From: Candidatus Nomurabacteria bacterium
GTDB lineage: Bacteria > Patescibacteriota > Minisyncoccia > Phycocordibacterales > CALRBL01
Assembly (NCBI GenBank): GCA_963834935.1
Contig: CAWIDS010000001.1
Location: 236,499-300,498, forward strand
Length of the DNA stretch: 64,000 nucleotides
Direction: 5' to 3'
Below, piece after piece: positions 27,400-36,625 of this stretch. The notes below the pieces were generated by a model. That model ran no database searches and was not told the DNA's origin. It saw only the letters and a program-made list of their open reading frames with translations. The first letter of the stretch is position 1, and the number at the start of each line of letters is the position of its first letter. The position numbers were made by a program, and so were the translations under genes.

Positions 27400-29483
27400 A
27401 TTGGAACATACGTCTCGCGCGCTTTGAATTCTGCTTGCTTTCCGGCATTCCACTGGCTGACCGGGCGCAGGTAGCCGACGATGCGCGAATATACTTCGCA
27501 TTCCTTCTGACAGCTCGGACAATTGAAATGCTCTCCGGCTACGTAGCCATGCGACTGGCAGATGCTGAATGTCGGCGTAAGGGTGAAATACGGCAGTTTG
27601 TAATTCTCGCATATCTTCTTGACGAGCCTCGGCACCGCTTGCGCATCCCTAATCCTTTCGCCGAGGAAAAGATGTATGACTGTGCCTCCGGTATATTTCG
27701 TCTGCAAGCTGTCCTGGATGTCGAGCGTCTCGACAATGTCGTCAGTGTAATGGACCGGCAGATGCGAAGAATTGGTGTAGAACGGCTCGGCGCCATTCTT
27801 GTATTCGGCCTCGTTGGCGACTATGATGCCGGGGTATTTCTTTTTGTCCTTGAGCGCCGATCGATATGCCGTGCCTTCGGCCGGAGTGGCTTCGAGATTG
27901 TAGAGATTGCCCGTCTCCTTCTGATACGAGACGAGCCTCTTGCGCATGAAATCAAGGACTTCTTCGGCGAAAGAATGCCCTTCTCCCGACCCGAGGTCCG
28001 TGCCGAGGAGATTCAGCGAAGCTTCATTCATTCCCACAAGCCCGATGGTCGAGAAATGATTATGCCAGTATTTGCCGAAAGACGACTTGATGTTGCGCAG
28101 ATAAAATTTCGTGTACGGATAAAGATTGGCGCCAGTCAGGCGCTCTAAGACCTTGCGCTTTATCTCCAAGCTCTCCTTAGCGATATCCATCTTTTCGGCA
28201 AGTGTTGCAAAAAATTCCTCCTTTCCTTTCGAGTTGAAGGCTATGCGTGGCAGGTTGATGGTGACTACGCCGACTGATCCAGTGAGCGCATTGGCTCCGA
28301 ACAGCCCGCCTCCGCGCCGGTCGAGCTCTTCGAGATCGAGCCTTAAGCGGCAGCACATCGATCGCGTATCCTCGGGCTTCATGTCGGAATTGACGAAATT
28401 GCTGAAGTAAGGAACGCCGTATTTCGCTGTGATCTCCCACAAGCCGGCGAGATTCGGATTTTCCCATTCGAAATCTTTGGTGACATTGACAGTCGGAATG
28501 GGAAAGGTGAATACCCTTCCGGCGGCGTCGCCTTCAGCCATCACTTCGAAAAATGCTTTGTTCAGCATGTCCATTTCGAGCTGGAATTCGGCATAGGTTT
28601 CCTTCTGGTGCTTGCCGCCGATGACTACTGGCAGCTTCTTGAAATTCGGCGAGGGCGTGAGGTCAAGGGTGATGTTCGAGAAAGGCGTCTGGAAGCCGAC
28701 ACGCGTCGGCACGTTCATATTGAAGATGAATTCCTGGATGCACTGCTTCACTTCCTTCTCGCCAAGCCTGTCGTAGCGTATGAAAGGAGCGAGCAGAGTG
28801 TCGAAGTTGGAAAAAGCGATGGCACCTGCAGCCTCGCCTTGAAGCGTGTACATGAAATTAACCACTTGGCCGAGAGCTGTGCGGAAATGCTTGGGTGGCG
28901 CAGACTCGATCTTGTCTGGCGTGCCGCGAAAGCCTTCAAGAAGAAGATCCATCAAGTCCCAGCCGACGCAATATATCGAAAGCGTTCCGAGATCATGCAA
29001 GTGAAAGTCGCCTTGCTCGTATGCGTCACGAATTTCCTGTGGATAGATCTTGTTGATCCAATAGGTCTTGCTTATCTCCGAGAAGATGTAGTTGTTGAGG
29101 CCTTGAAGCGAGTAGCCCATGTTGCTGTTTTCCTTCACCTGCCAGTCGAGCTTCTCGAGATAGCTGTCGACGAGGTCAAGCGAGGTGGTGGTGGCAAAAG
29201 CGCGCATCTCCGCATGCTGTTCGCGGTAAAGGATGTATGCCTTTGCTGTGCGCTTGTAACGTGAATGCATCAGGATATTCTCCACTGCGTCCTGCACTAT
29301 CTCCACAGTCGGCACTTTTCCTCCGCACACGCTTTCGACATACATCACTACCTGCGATGACAGCGATTCCGCCACACTGTCCCCGAACTGACCAGTGGCC
29401 TTTCCCGCCTTGGCGATGGCTGCCGTTATCTTCCTGCCTTCGAACACCTCTTCCGATCCGTCCCGCTTGATTATTTTTTGCAT
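27396..29483 (-). CDS. nrdD: Anaerobic (class III) ribonucleoside-triphosphate reductase NrdD
   Basis: 695 aa. N-terminal ATP-cone (KRDGSEEVFEGRKI). C-terminal zinc ribbon CPSCQ and glycyl-radical motif RIVGYLRPV. Confidence 0.9.
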   Translation of the reverse strand: MQKIIKRDGSEEVFEGRKITAAIAKAGKATGQFGDSVAESLSSQVVMYVESVCGGKVPTVEIVQDAVENILMHSRYKRTAKAYILYREQHAEMRAFATTTSLDLVDSYLEKLDWQVKENSNMGYSLQGLNNYIFSEISKTYWINKIYPQEIRDAYEQGDFHLHDLGTLSIYCVGWDLMDLLLEGFRGTPDKIESAPPKHFRTALGQVVNFMYTLQGEAAGAIAFSNFDTLLAPFIRYDRLGEKEVKQCIQEFIFNMNVPTRVGFQTPFSNITLDLTPSPNFKKLPVVIGGKHQKETYAEFQLEMDMLNKAFFEVMAEGDAAGRVFTFPIPTVNVTKDFEWENPNLAGLWEITAKYGVPYFSNFVNSDMKPEDTRSMCCRLRLDLEELDRRGGGLFGANALTGSVGVVTINLPRIAFNSKGKEEFFATLAEKMDIAKESLEIKRKVLERLTGANLYPYTKFYLRNIKSSFGKYWHNHFSTIGLVGMNEASLNLLGTDLGSGEGHSFAEEVLDFMRKRLVSYQKETGNLYNLEATPAEGTAYRSALKDKKKYPGIIVANEAEYKNGAEPFYTNSSHLPVHYTDDIVETLDIQDSLQTKYTGGTVIHLFLGERIRDAQAVPRLVKKICENYKLPYFTLTPTFSICQSHGYVAGEHFNCPSCQKECEVYSRIVGYLRPVSQWNAGKQAEFKARETYVPI

Positions 29484-29503
29484 ATGCGTCCATTATCATG
29501 CTA

Positions 29504-29529
29504 GTTTCATTATTTCGCAATAATGAAAC
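29504..29529. promoter_or_regulatory. Perfect 10-bp inverted repeat 21-46 nt upstream of the nrdD start; candidate operator
   Basis: GTTTCATTAT-TTCGCA-ATAATGAAAC. It does not match the NrdR-box consensus. Confidence 0.35.
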
Positions 29530-29653
29530 AGTGGATTATGCAACTGCGACACAGGAAGAGGTCTGGCGCTAGACTACCAACTGGCGATGACGAAGCTCAT
29601 GGAGGATCTTGCAAGGGCTGACGATGCGGGGATCGACTATGCGGTAAATGACA

Positions 29654-29911
29654 TTAAGGCCGTTCCTGCGCGTATGGACGAGGCCGTTGTGGCGAAGCCA
29701 GCGCCAAATGCTGGGAAAGGTTAGCCTTCGAAAGCTTGGTTATCTTCAGCAGGCTTTCGACGGAAGTCTCGCCTGTCTTCAGGATGTTGAGGATTTCCAA
29801 ACGTTTAGGATTGGCCAATATCTTGTAGATATTGGCGTTCTTGTCGTATGCCTCCTGCGGAAGCGGCGATTTTATCTTCAGTTTTGCTTTTGTCTTTATC
29901 TTTAGTTTCAT
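29654..29911 (-). CDS. ArsR/SmtB-family transcriptional regulator
   Basis: ILANPKRLEILNILKTGETSVESLLKITKLSKANLSQHLA is a winged-helix HTH. Confidence 0.75.
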   Translation of the reverse strand: MKLKIKTKAKLKIKSPLPQEAYDKNANIYKILANPKRLEILNILKTGETSVESLLKITKLSKANLSQHLALASPQRPRPYAQERP

Positions 29912-29941
29912 ATTTTCGATATTTAGTGCGTTTTCAGTATA

Positions 29942-30745
29942 TCACAAGAGATTCGTGACGTGTCGCCTTCCTTCATGCTTCTCAGCTTCAAGCACTATCC
30001 TTTCCATCATGGCTATAGTTTCCAGGGGATATTTGCCTATGGTGGTCTCTTCCGAAAGCATGACCGCGTCTGAGCCGAGGAGGATGGCATTGGCGACGTC
30101 AGTCACCTCCGCTCGCGTAGGAACTGGGCGATCAACCATCGAAAGAAGCATCTGAGTAGCAGTGATGACTGGCTTCCCTGCTTCATTAGACTTGCGTATG
30201 ATCCTCTCTTGGATGAAAGGAATCTGCTCGACGGGGACCTCACTGCCGAGGTCACCGCGAGCCACCATGACTGCGTCCGTAGCAGCGATGATCTCGTCGA
30301 GATGCTCGAGTGCGGCGGCCCTTTCGATCTTGGCGATTATCTTCTGCGAGCCGCCGAGGCTGCGTATGATTTCCCTGCATTTGAATATGTCATCGGCATT
30401 GCCGACGAATGACACCGCAACGTATCGTATATTTTGCTCGAGGGCGAACTTGATGAAGCCAGCGTCCTTCTCGGTTATGGCAGAGGTTACGGACGCATCA
30501 TAGGTATGACTTTTTTCTTCCTGCACGCGAGGACCCGGAAGGTCGACGATGATGGGAATCTCGCGGCCGAATTCCTTCTCAAGTTGGCGGATGATGCCTA
30601 TCTGCTCGAGACGGCTCGCGAGGTCTCCCCACGAAAAATTAAACCTGACGACGTCGAGCTGGCACTCAACCATGGAACGAAGAGTCTTCATATCAGAAGA
30701 GCTCGGCCCGAGTGTTGCTACGATCTGTGCTTTGGAATGGTTCAT
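29942..30745 (-). CDS. pyk: Pyruvate kinase, short form lacking the C-terminal regulatory domain
   Basis: 267 aa. [39 protein letters not shown] complete PK is ~470 aa. Confidence 0.7.
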   Translation of the reverse strand: MNHSKAQIVATLGPSSSDMKTLRSMVECQLDVVRFNFSWGDLASRLEQIGIIRQLEKEFGREIPIIVDLPGPRVQEEKSHTYDASVTSAITEKDAGFIKFALEQNIRYVAVSFVGNADDIFKCREIIRSLGGSQKIIAKIERAAALEHLDEIIAATDAVMVARGDLGSEVPVEQIPFIQERIIRKSNEAGKPVITATQMLLSMVDRPVPTRAEVTDVANAILLGSDAVMLSEETTIGKYPLETIAMMERIVLEAEKHEGRRHVTNLL

Positions 30746-31371
30746 GCGTTTACTTTTGACTGCACTTGCCTTATTTCCTTATGCGTCATCCTGCCCTCAC
30801 TATCAACATCATAAATGAGTATTCCGCCGAAAAGCATCTCCACTTTGGCGATTTCGCTATCGGCAATGGATTCGATGTATTTCATCAGGGCCCTAATGGC
30901 ATTGCCATGCGACACAACAAGCACGTTCTTATTTTCCTTTATGAGCGGCAGGATATTGTCCCGGAAATACGGCACCACCCTTTCGTAGACCATCTTCAAG
31001 GTCTCGCCATTCGGCACCGGGCAATCCCATTCTCTCCTAACATTATTCCACTGCTCTTCCCCGATAATTTTCTCCACCTCCCACTTATTCTTTCCGGTAT
31101 AGTCGCCATAATCGCGTTCATTGAGGGCAGAAGCATGCACCGTCGGCACATGGCAGAGGTTGAGAGTCTCGAGCATGCAGGAAAGCGTCTCGATCGAGCG
31201 CACTTGCATCGAGGCGAAAGCGGCGTCGATATGAATATCCTTTATCAGAAGGCCCATCTCGGCGGATTTCTCAAAGCCATATTCGGTAAGATGCCTATCG
31301 CGGATGCCAGTCCACTGGCCTAGTTTGTTCCATTCCGATTCGTGATGCCGTGCAATGATTAACTTTCCCAT
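30742..31371 (-). CDS. gpmA: 2,3-bisphosphoglycerate-dependent phosphoglycerate mutase
   Basis: 209 aa. Histidine-phosphatase motif [11 protein letters not shown] and [11 protein letters not shown]. Confidence 0.85.
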   Translation of the reverse strand: MGKLIIARHHESEWNKLGQWTGIRDRHLTEYGFEKSAEMGLLIKDIHIDAAFASMQVRSIETLSCMLETLNLCHVPTVHASALNERDYGDYTGKNKWEVEKIIGEEQWNNVRREWDCPVPNGETLKMVYERVVPYFRDNILPLIKENKNVLVVSHGNAIRALMKYIESIADSEIAKVEMLFGGILIYDVDSEGRMTHKEIRQVQSKVNA

Positions 31372-31372
31372 A

Positions 31373-32347
31373 TTAAATGCTTATCCTATTCCTCGGCACC
31401 CTGCCCTCGAAGAAATCAATGATGTTATTGGCAGATATTTCAGCCATCTCGTTGCGAGCTGCTACCCGGGCCGAGGCGATATGCGGAGTAAGGATGACAT
31501 TGTCGAGCTTGGCGAGTCCGGGTGAGAGCTTCGGCTCGAATTCATAGACATCGAGGCCAGCTCCGGCAATCGTTCCTTCTTTCAAAACCTTGACGAGGGC
31601 CTTTTCGTTTATGACTGGTCCGCGCGACGTGTTTACAAGAAACGCCATCTTTTTCATGAGCTTCAATTCCTTCTCGCTTATGAGATGCCTGGTCGAATCG
31701 ATAAGCGGCACGTGAAGGCTGACGATATCCGCTTCTGCGAGCAGCTCATCGAGGGTCGATGCTTTCTTTGCTTGATACTGGTTCTCGATTTCCTCATTGC
31801 GAACAAGGTCATGATAGATGATTTTCGCATTGAATCCGCGATAGGCCATGCGGGCTACCTCGCTACCGATAAGGCCAGTGCCTACGAGGCCGATCGTCTT
31901 GCCGCTGAAATCGCTGCCGATGAAGGCCATTGGCGTCCAACCTTTATATTTTCCCTTCCTAGTAAACTTGTCGCCTTCCACCATGCGTGTGGTGAGACCG
32001 AGCATCAAGGCAATAGCATGCTCAGCGACCTGCGTACGCGATGCTCCTGAAGTGTTTGTAATGGTGATACCTCTTTTCTTCGCTTCGGCAACGTCGATAT
32101 TGTTGTAGCCGACAGTATAGGTAGCAAAAATCTTTGCAGTCGGCACTGCGTCATACACTCTTGAATCGATCTGGTCGGTGAGAAGGCAGAGCACTGCGTC
32201 ATATGGATGCTTCTTCAGATATGAAATGAGTTCTTTCTGGTTCGGCACGCGCTCCTTCGGATAGACATCTACTCTGTATCCCTTGTCTTCGAGCATCTTT
32301 ATGCCGATATCGGGAATCCTTCTCGTTATGAAAACTGATTTATTCAT
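31373..32347 (-). CDS. D-isomer-specific 2-hydroxyacid dehydrogenase (glycerate/hydroxypyruvate reductase family)
   Basis: 324 aa. NAD-binding GLVGTGLIGSEVARMA. Catalytic-domain arrangement typical of the family. Confidence 0.8.
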   Translation of the reverse strand: MNKSVFITRRIPDIGIKMLEDKGYRVDVYPKERVPNQKELISYLKKHPYDAVLCLLTDQIDSRVYDAVPTAKIFATYTVGYNNIDVAEAKKRGITITNTSGASRTQVAEHAIALMLGLTTRMVEGDKFTRKGKYKGWTPMAFIGSDFSGKTIGLVGTGLIGSEVARMAYRGFNAKIIYHDLVRNEEIENQYQAKKASTLDELLAEADIVSLHVPLIDSTRHLISEKELKLMKKMAFLVNTSRGPVINEKALVKVLKEGTIAGAGLDVYEFEPKLSPGLAKLDNVILTPHIASARVAARNEMAEISANNIIDFFEGRVPRNRISI

Positions 32348-32380
32348 TTTTTATTTAAAATTCATGCGTCAATGCTTCTA

Positions 32381-33499
32381 TTATCTATCCGCGCCGATTG
32401 CTTCGCTGATATTCTTGAATCCGTCGCGCTTCAGCAACACAACTAATCCCTGATTGATCTCGCTGATAACCTGCGGGCCTTCGAAAATCATTCCGGTGAT
32501 TATCTGCACAAGCGATGCGCCAAGCCTGATCTTCCTGTATGCATCTTCGGCGGTGAACACTCCACCCGAACCGATGAGAGCGAAACGTTTGCCTTCTTTC
32601 CGATAAATGTATGAAAGCAAACCATCCGAAAGCCCTTCGACTACTTTTCCACTAAGGCCTCCCTTCTGCGGCACATCGCCGTCAAGGATTTTCGGATTGT
32701 CCCTCTTCTTCGTCAAGTTCGTGCAAATGATACCATGAATGCGATGAGATTTAGCGACCGCAAGCAGAGAATCAAGTTCCGGTTCGCTCATATCAGGCGA
32801 AAGCTTTATAAAAACAGGCTTTTGTGTCGGTATTCCGTCCAGGATGTCGAAAAGATAATCGAGCTTATGCGGCTGAATGAAGGGCTGTCCGCCTAGGGTA
32901 TTCGGACAGCTGATATTGACGGTAATGTAATCGGCGAATGGCTCCATTGTCAGGAATGCCTTGGCATAATCCGCTATTGCATTCTTCAGGATGCAGTTTT
33001 CGGAGCAGTTGGTCATAGCGACGCTCACTCCGACAGGAATCGAGAAATGCTTGCCATGGAGCCGTGAAGCGATCGCTTCGCATCCGTCATTCTTCAATCC
33101 GTAATAGACGACAAGGCTTTTTGACTCCGGAAGGCGCCAGAGGCGCGGCTTCGGATTGCCTGTGCACGGCTTGCCGGTGATCGAGCCAACCTCGATGAAG
33201 CCGAAGCCGACTGACGGAAGGATATCCGCGAGCTCCGCATTCTTGTCGAAGCCAGCCGAGAGGCCGATCGGATTTCTGAAAGCGATGCCAGCCACCTCCT
33301 GCTTCAAGATCGGGTTCTGATAGTCGAACAGCATACCAGTCATCTTCTGCGCCAAAAAATGGCGTCCAAGCATGCTTCCAAGGCGAGCCATGCGATCGTG
33401 AACATATTCGGGATCATTGTGGAAAAAGACCGGCTTCAGGACATTCTTGTAGAGCCTGTGGGTGATCTTGTTGCGATAGGAAACGAAAGATTCGCTCAT
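32381..33499 (-). CDS. pyrD: Dihydroorotate dehydrogenase (class 2-like)
   Basis: 372 aa. GFDKN, IEVGSITGKPCTGNPKPR, GIICTNLT, FALIGSGGV. Confidence 0.85.
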   Translation of the reverse strand: MSESFVSYRNKITHRLYKNVLKPVFFHNDPEYVHDRMARLGSMLGRHFLAQKMTGMLFDYQNPILKQEVAGIAFRNPIGLSAGFDKNAELADILPSVGFGFIEVGSITGKPCTGNPKPRLWRLPESKSLVVYYGLKNDGCEAIASRLHGKHFSIPVGVSVAMTNCSENCILKNAIADYAKAFLTMEPFADYITVNISCPNTLGGQPFIQPHKLDYLFDILDGIPTQKPVFIKLSPDMSEPELDSLLAVAKSHRIHGIICTNLTKKRDNPKILDGDVPQKGGLSGKVVEGLSDGLLSYIYRKEGKRFALIGSGGVFTAEDAYRKIRLGASLVQIITGMIFEGPQVISEINQGLVVLLKRDGFKNISEAIGADR

Positions 33500-33538
33500 A
33501 GTTTCGAAGTATATTGATTACTTAATTATAGTATACCT

Positions 33539-34054
33539 CTATATTCCGAAAAATCCACAAAGCTTTCCTATGCCGAAGGTGATGACCATAGCCACCACCC
33601 CTCCGATAACGACGCGTATGGAGGCCCGCGTCTTATTTGCTCCGCCCGCCTCAGCGCTCAGCATGCCAGTGATGAGAAGGGCTACCACTGAGGCAGCGAA
33701 GACGGCTTGTATGCGAAAATTTACCGGAGATGCAAGCACCGAAAAGAGAGGAATGACTGCCCCGCAAAAAAATGATGATGCCGAAGCGAAAGCGGCGTAC
33801 CAGGGACTGGAGCTTCTCTCCACCGACATTACTTTCTCGGTATCCCTCTGGGCGCTCACTGATACGTATTCGCCGGCTGCCATGGACAATGCCCCAGCTA
33901 CTAAGCCGGCAGTCGCCGCGGTCAAAATAAAGATGGCTGAATTCGATGCGCCGGATACTCCGACGATGATCGATGCTACTGAGATGATGCCGTCATTGGC
34001 GCCGAGCACCGCCGCGCGTATCCAATTCAGTCTAGACCTCGAAGAAAATCTCAT
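33539..34054 (-). CDS. VIT1/CCC1-family membrane protein (putative Fe/Mn transporter)
   Basis: 171 aa. LGANDGIISVASIIVGV signature and five TM helices. Confidence 0.65.
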   Translation of the reverse strand: MRFSSRSRLNWIRAAVLGANDGIISVASIIVGVSGASNSAIFILTAATAGLVAGALSMAAGEYVSVSAQRDTEKVMSVERSSSPWYAAFASASSFFCGAVIPLFSVLASPVNFRIQAVFAASVVALLITGMLSAEAGGANKTRASIRVVIGGVVAMVITFGIGKLCGFFGI

Positions 34055-34111
34055 TGACTAAGAATATCACATTCTATATTATTCAATCACAACAAAATAG
34101 TTATCAAGAGT

Positions 34112-34255
34112 GCGGGGAGAGAACTAGCTCTATGAACCGCCAGCAACTCTTCGAAAGAAGTAAGTGCTCAATCTAGCCCGCAAGGGAAAGATATTTCGCC
34201 ACGGAAGTGGCGGCGATGAAAAGTCTTTTCCTACCGGAAGGACTTTTTTGTTTTT
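34112..34255 (+). ncRNA. Candidate small structured RNA with its own terminator
   Basis: Two GNRA-tetraloop hairpins (CTTC-GAAA-GAAG and CGCCAC-GGAA-GTGGCG), an enclosing GCGGG...CCCGC helix and a terminator hairpin plus T-run at ~34216-34255. No family assigned. Confidence 0.25.
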
Positions 34256-34404
34256 ATTAGGCGGCTAATCAAAACAAAAAGATGACTAACAATATCAATC
34301 AGGAATGGCTGGCGCGCTACGCCTTCTGGAGTAGTTATTATCTGGAGTCGGTCTTGCACCTCGCTCTGCTAGTTTGGGAATTGAGAAGATGATATAATTT
34401 CCAC

Positions 34405-34875
34405 ATGTCTTCTTCGATCTCGTGGAAAGCATACGAGTACCATCACATGCCGAAAACTGCCGACTGGTTTTGGGCTCTTGGGGTTATCTCAGTCTCGATC
34501 GCAGCCATTTCCCTCATCTATGGCAACATCATGTTCGCCATCCTCATCATCATCGCGGCAATCGCCCTTGCAATTCATGCCCACCGCGAGCCGAAGCTCG
34601 TCGATTTCGAACTCAACGAGAAAGGCCTCCGCATCGAGGACACGTTCTACCCCTACTCTTCCCTCGATTCATACAATATAGAGGCACACGACACCGATAT
34701 CGGCGTATTCGCCAAAGCCCTCATCAAATCGAAGAGGACATTCATGCCTCTTATCGTCATTCCGCTTGCCGATGTCTACATCGAGGAAGTCGACGAATAC
34801 CTTTCCATCTTCCTCAAGCAGGAAGACCATCACGAGACATTCGAGGAAAAAATCTTGGAGTATTTGGGTTTCTAG
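34405..34875 (+). CDS. Membrane hypothetical protein
   Basis: 156 aa, two N-terminal TM helices. Confidence 0.45.
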   Translation: MSSSISWKAYEYHHMPKTADWFWALGVISVSIAAISLIYGNIMFAILIIIAAIALAIHAHREPKLVDFELNEKGLRIEDTFYPYSSLDSYNIEAHDTDIGVFAKALIKSKRTFMPLIVIPLADVYIEEVDEYLSIFLKQEDHHETFEEKILEYLGF

Positions 34876-35108
34876 TGTATAAAAAGCCTGCGCCTAGGCG
34901 CTTCGCTCTCGTCGTTCAATGGATAGGACATAACTTTGCGGAAGTTAAAATATAGGTTCGATTCCTATCGAGAGCACATCGTAGTGAGACCTATCGGGAG
35001 GCCTAAATGCTGACTAATTTTGAATGAGTCAAGGCTGACCCCGATAGGAATCGAAAAAATAAATATCGATCCATTAAGGCGTTTCAAAAAAGCTGTTTTG
35101 GTAGTAGT

Positions 35109-35927
35109 ATGGCCAGTATGGATGTAGAAAATTATTTAAGGAGCATACTCAAGAAATACTCGATATCAGCTGATCTCAATCGGCTCATTGCCATTGGAAA
35201 CGCCGAAAAATCTGTCAGAGTAGTTATTACCGAATGGGCTCATACATTTCTACACGAGATCAAGCGGTCAGGCTCGATTGAGAAGGGCACTGCTATCTCG
35301 ACTTCGGCAGATCTTGATCTGTTTATATCGCTAAAATCAGAAACACCAGGTTCCTTGCCAGAGCTATACGAGGGTCTTGCCAAGTGGCTTGAGTCAAAGA
35401 ACTATAAAATCCGTAGACAGAATAGCTCCATCAGGATCAATCATGCAGGTATCAATGTCGATCTCATACCCGCACGAAAGTTCGCTAGTCAAAGCGGCTC
35501 TTTGCCGGGATTGCTCGGTCAGAGCCAAGACCACTCCATACGCATAAGGAAAAGTAACTCTTGGGCAAAGACTAATATTGAGGCACAGATACGGAAGGTC
35601 AAGGACTCAAGGAGACACGACGACATAAAGCTGGCTAAGATATGGCGTGATATAAGCGGTATCGATTTTCCGTCAATTTACCTTGAGCTTTCAGTCATCA
35701 AGGCTCTTAACGGCGATGCTCTAGGGTTGTTACTGCCGCCACCCATATCAAAAAGGTTCGTGACTTTCATGAACTACCTTGTCAATGACTTTGAGACAGC
35801 GACAATCGAAGACCCTGGCAATAAGAGTAACAAGATATCAGATGACCTCTCGACAGTAGAAAAGAAGGTGATTATCAACGCCGCAAAAAATGTCCTAACT
35901 AAAAACTGGACTCAAGTACTATGGTAA
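35109..35927 (+). CDS. Short cGAS/DncV-like nucleotidyltransferase (CD-NTase/SMODS-like) of a CBASS-type system
   Basis: GSIEKGTAISTSADLDLFISL (GS...GT...DhD, Pol-beta NTase motif) and the third acidic residue in INVDLIP. Overlaps the next gene by 7 nt (ATGGTAA). Confidence 0.6.
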   Translation: MASMDVENYLRSILKKYSISADLNRLIAIGNAEKSVRVVITEWAHTFLHEIKRSGSIEKGTAISTSADLDLFISLKSETPGSLPELYEGLAKWLESKNYKIRRQNSSIRINHAGINVDLIPARKFASQSGSLPGLLGQSQDHSIRIRKSNSWAKTNIEAQIRKVKDSRRHDDIKLAKIWRDISGIDFPSIYLELSVIKALNGDALGLLLPPPISKRFVTFMNYLVNDFETATIEDPGNKSNKISDDLSTVEKKVIINAAKNVLTKNWTQVLW

Positions 35928-36616
35928 AAAAGATCAACATTCAAAAATTATTCGAGGCACTCGACGAAGAGATGCGACTAAAGCTCTCGAGCAAGATCGA
36001 TGAGATATATCATCCGACCGCAAAGGGTGATGAGTCTGAGCTTAACTGGATCGGCTTGCTCAGGTCATATCTTCCCGAAAGGTATACCGTCGACAGTGGC
36101 TTCGTCGTCGATCACGAAGGTAATCTGAGCGAACAGATTGATATCATTATTTACGATAGGCATTTCACTCCTTTTATCTTTAGGGGAGAAAATGTGGTCT
36201 ATATTCCAGCCGAAGGTGTATATGCGGTCTTTGAGGTTAAGCCCTATTTTGACAAAAAGAATCATGATTACGCCGTAAAGAAGCTCGGTAGCGTCAAGGC
36301 ACTCAAAAGGACCTCGGCACAGTTTACGCATATCGGTGGTAAAGATAAAAAGGAGCTTTTTGATGTGGTCGGAGGGGTCTTAACCAAAGCGAACAAGGCG
36401 AAAAAGCTTTTCAATGATTTGACCATTGGCTCTGAACTATCAGTGATACTGTCGCTCGATCATGGGGTGAAAATCATAAATAGCGAGTCTGTTGAAAAAC
36501 AAGGCAAAGAAGCCGTATTGGCCTTTTTCTTGCTAAAGCTTATTGAGAAATTACGCGCCTTAGGGTCGGTACCTGCGCTAGAGGCGGATAAATATTTGGA
36601 GTCTATCAAAAAATAA
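35921..36616 (+). CDS. nucC: NucC-like cyclic-oligonucleotide-activated restriction-endonuclease-fold nuclease (CBASS effector)
   Basis: HPTAKGDESELNWIGLLRSYLPERY, IDIIIYDR and IPAEGVYAVFEVK (PD-ExK) parallel recalled E. coli NucC segments (HPGAKGDASEGVWIEMLDTYLPKRY, IDVVVFDR, VPAESVYAVFEAK). Confidence 0.6.
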   Translation: MVKKINIQKLFEALDEEMRLKLSSKIDEIYHPTAKGDESELNWIGLLRSYLPERYTVDSGFVVDHEGNLSEQIDIIIYDRHFTPFIFRGENVVYIPAEGVYAVFEVKPYFDKKNHDYAVKKLGSVKALKRTSAQFTHIGGKDKKELFDVVGGVLTKANKAKKLFNDLTIGSELSVILSLDHGVKIINSESVEKQGKEAVLAFFLLKLIEKLRALGSVPALEADKYLESIKK

Positions 36617-36625
36617 CGATAATTT

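Noticed and set aside
27435-29470. Several 60-240-aa ORFs on both strands inside nrdD
   Set aside because: Embedded in or antisense to a well-supported 695-aa NrdD reading frame.
29484-29540. NrdR box upstream of nrdD
   Set aside because: The palindrome does not match the NrdR consensus (acaCwAtATaTwGtgt). It is kept only as a generic operator candidate.
34090-34260. SRP RNA, 6S RNA or RNase P assignment for the intergenic structured region
   Set aside because: The conserved SRP domain IV and RNase P P4 motifs are not present. It is left as an unclassified candidate.
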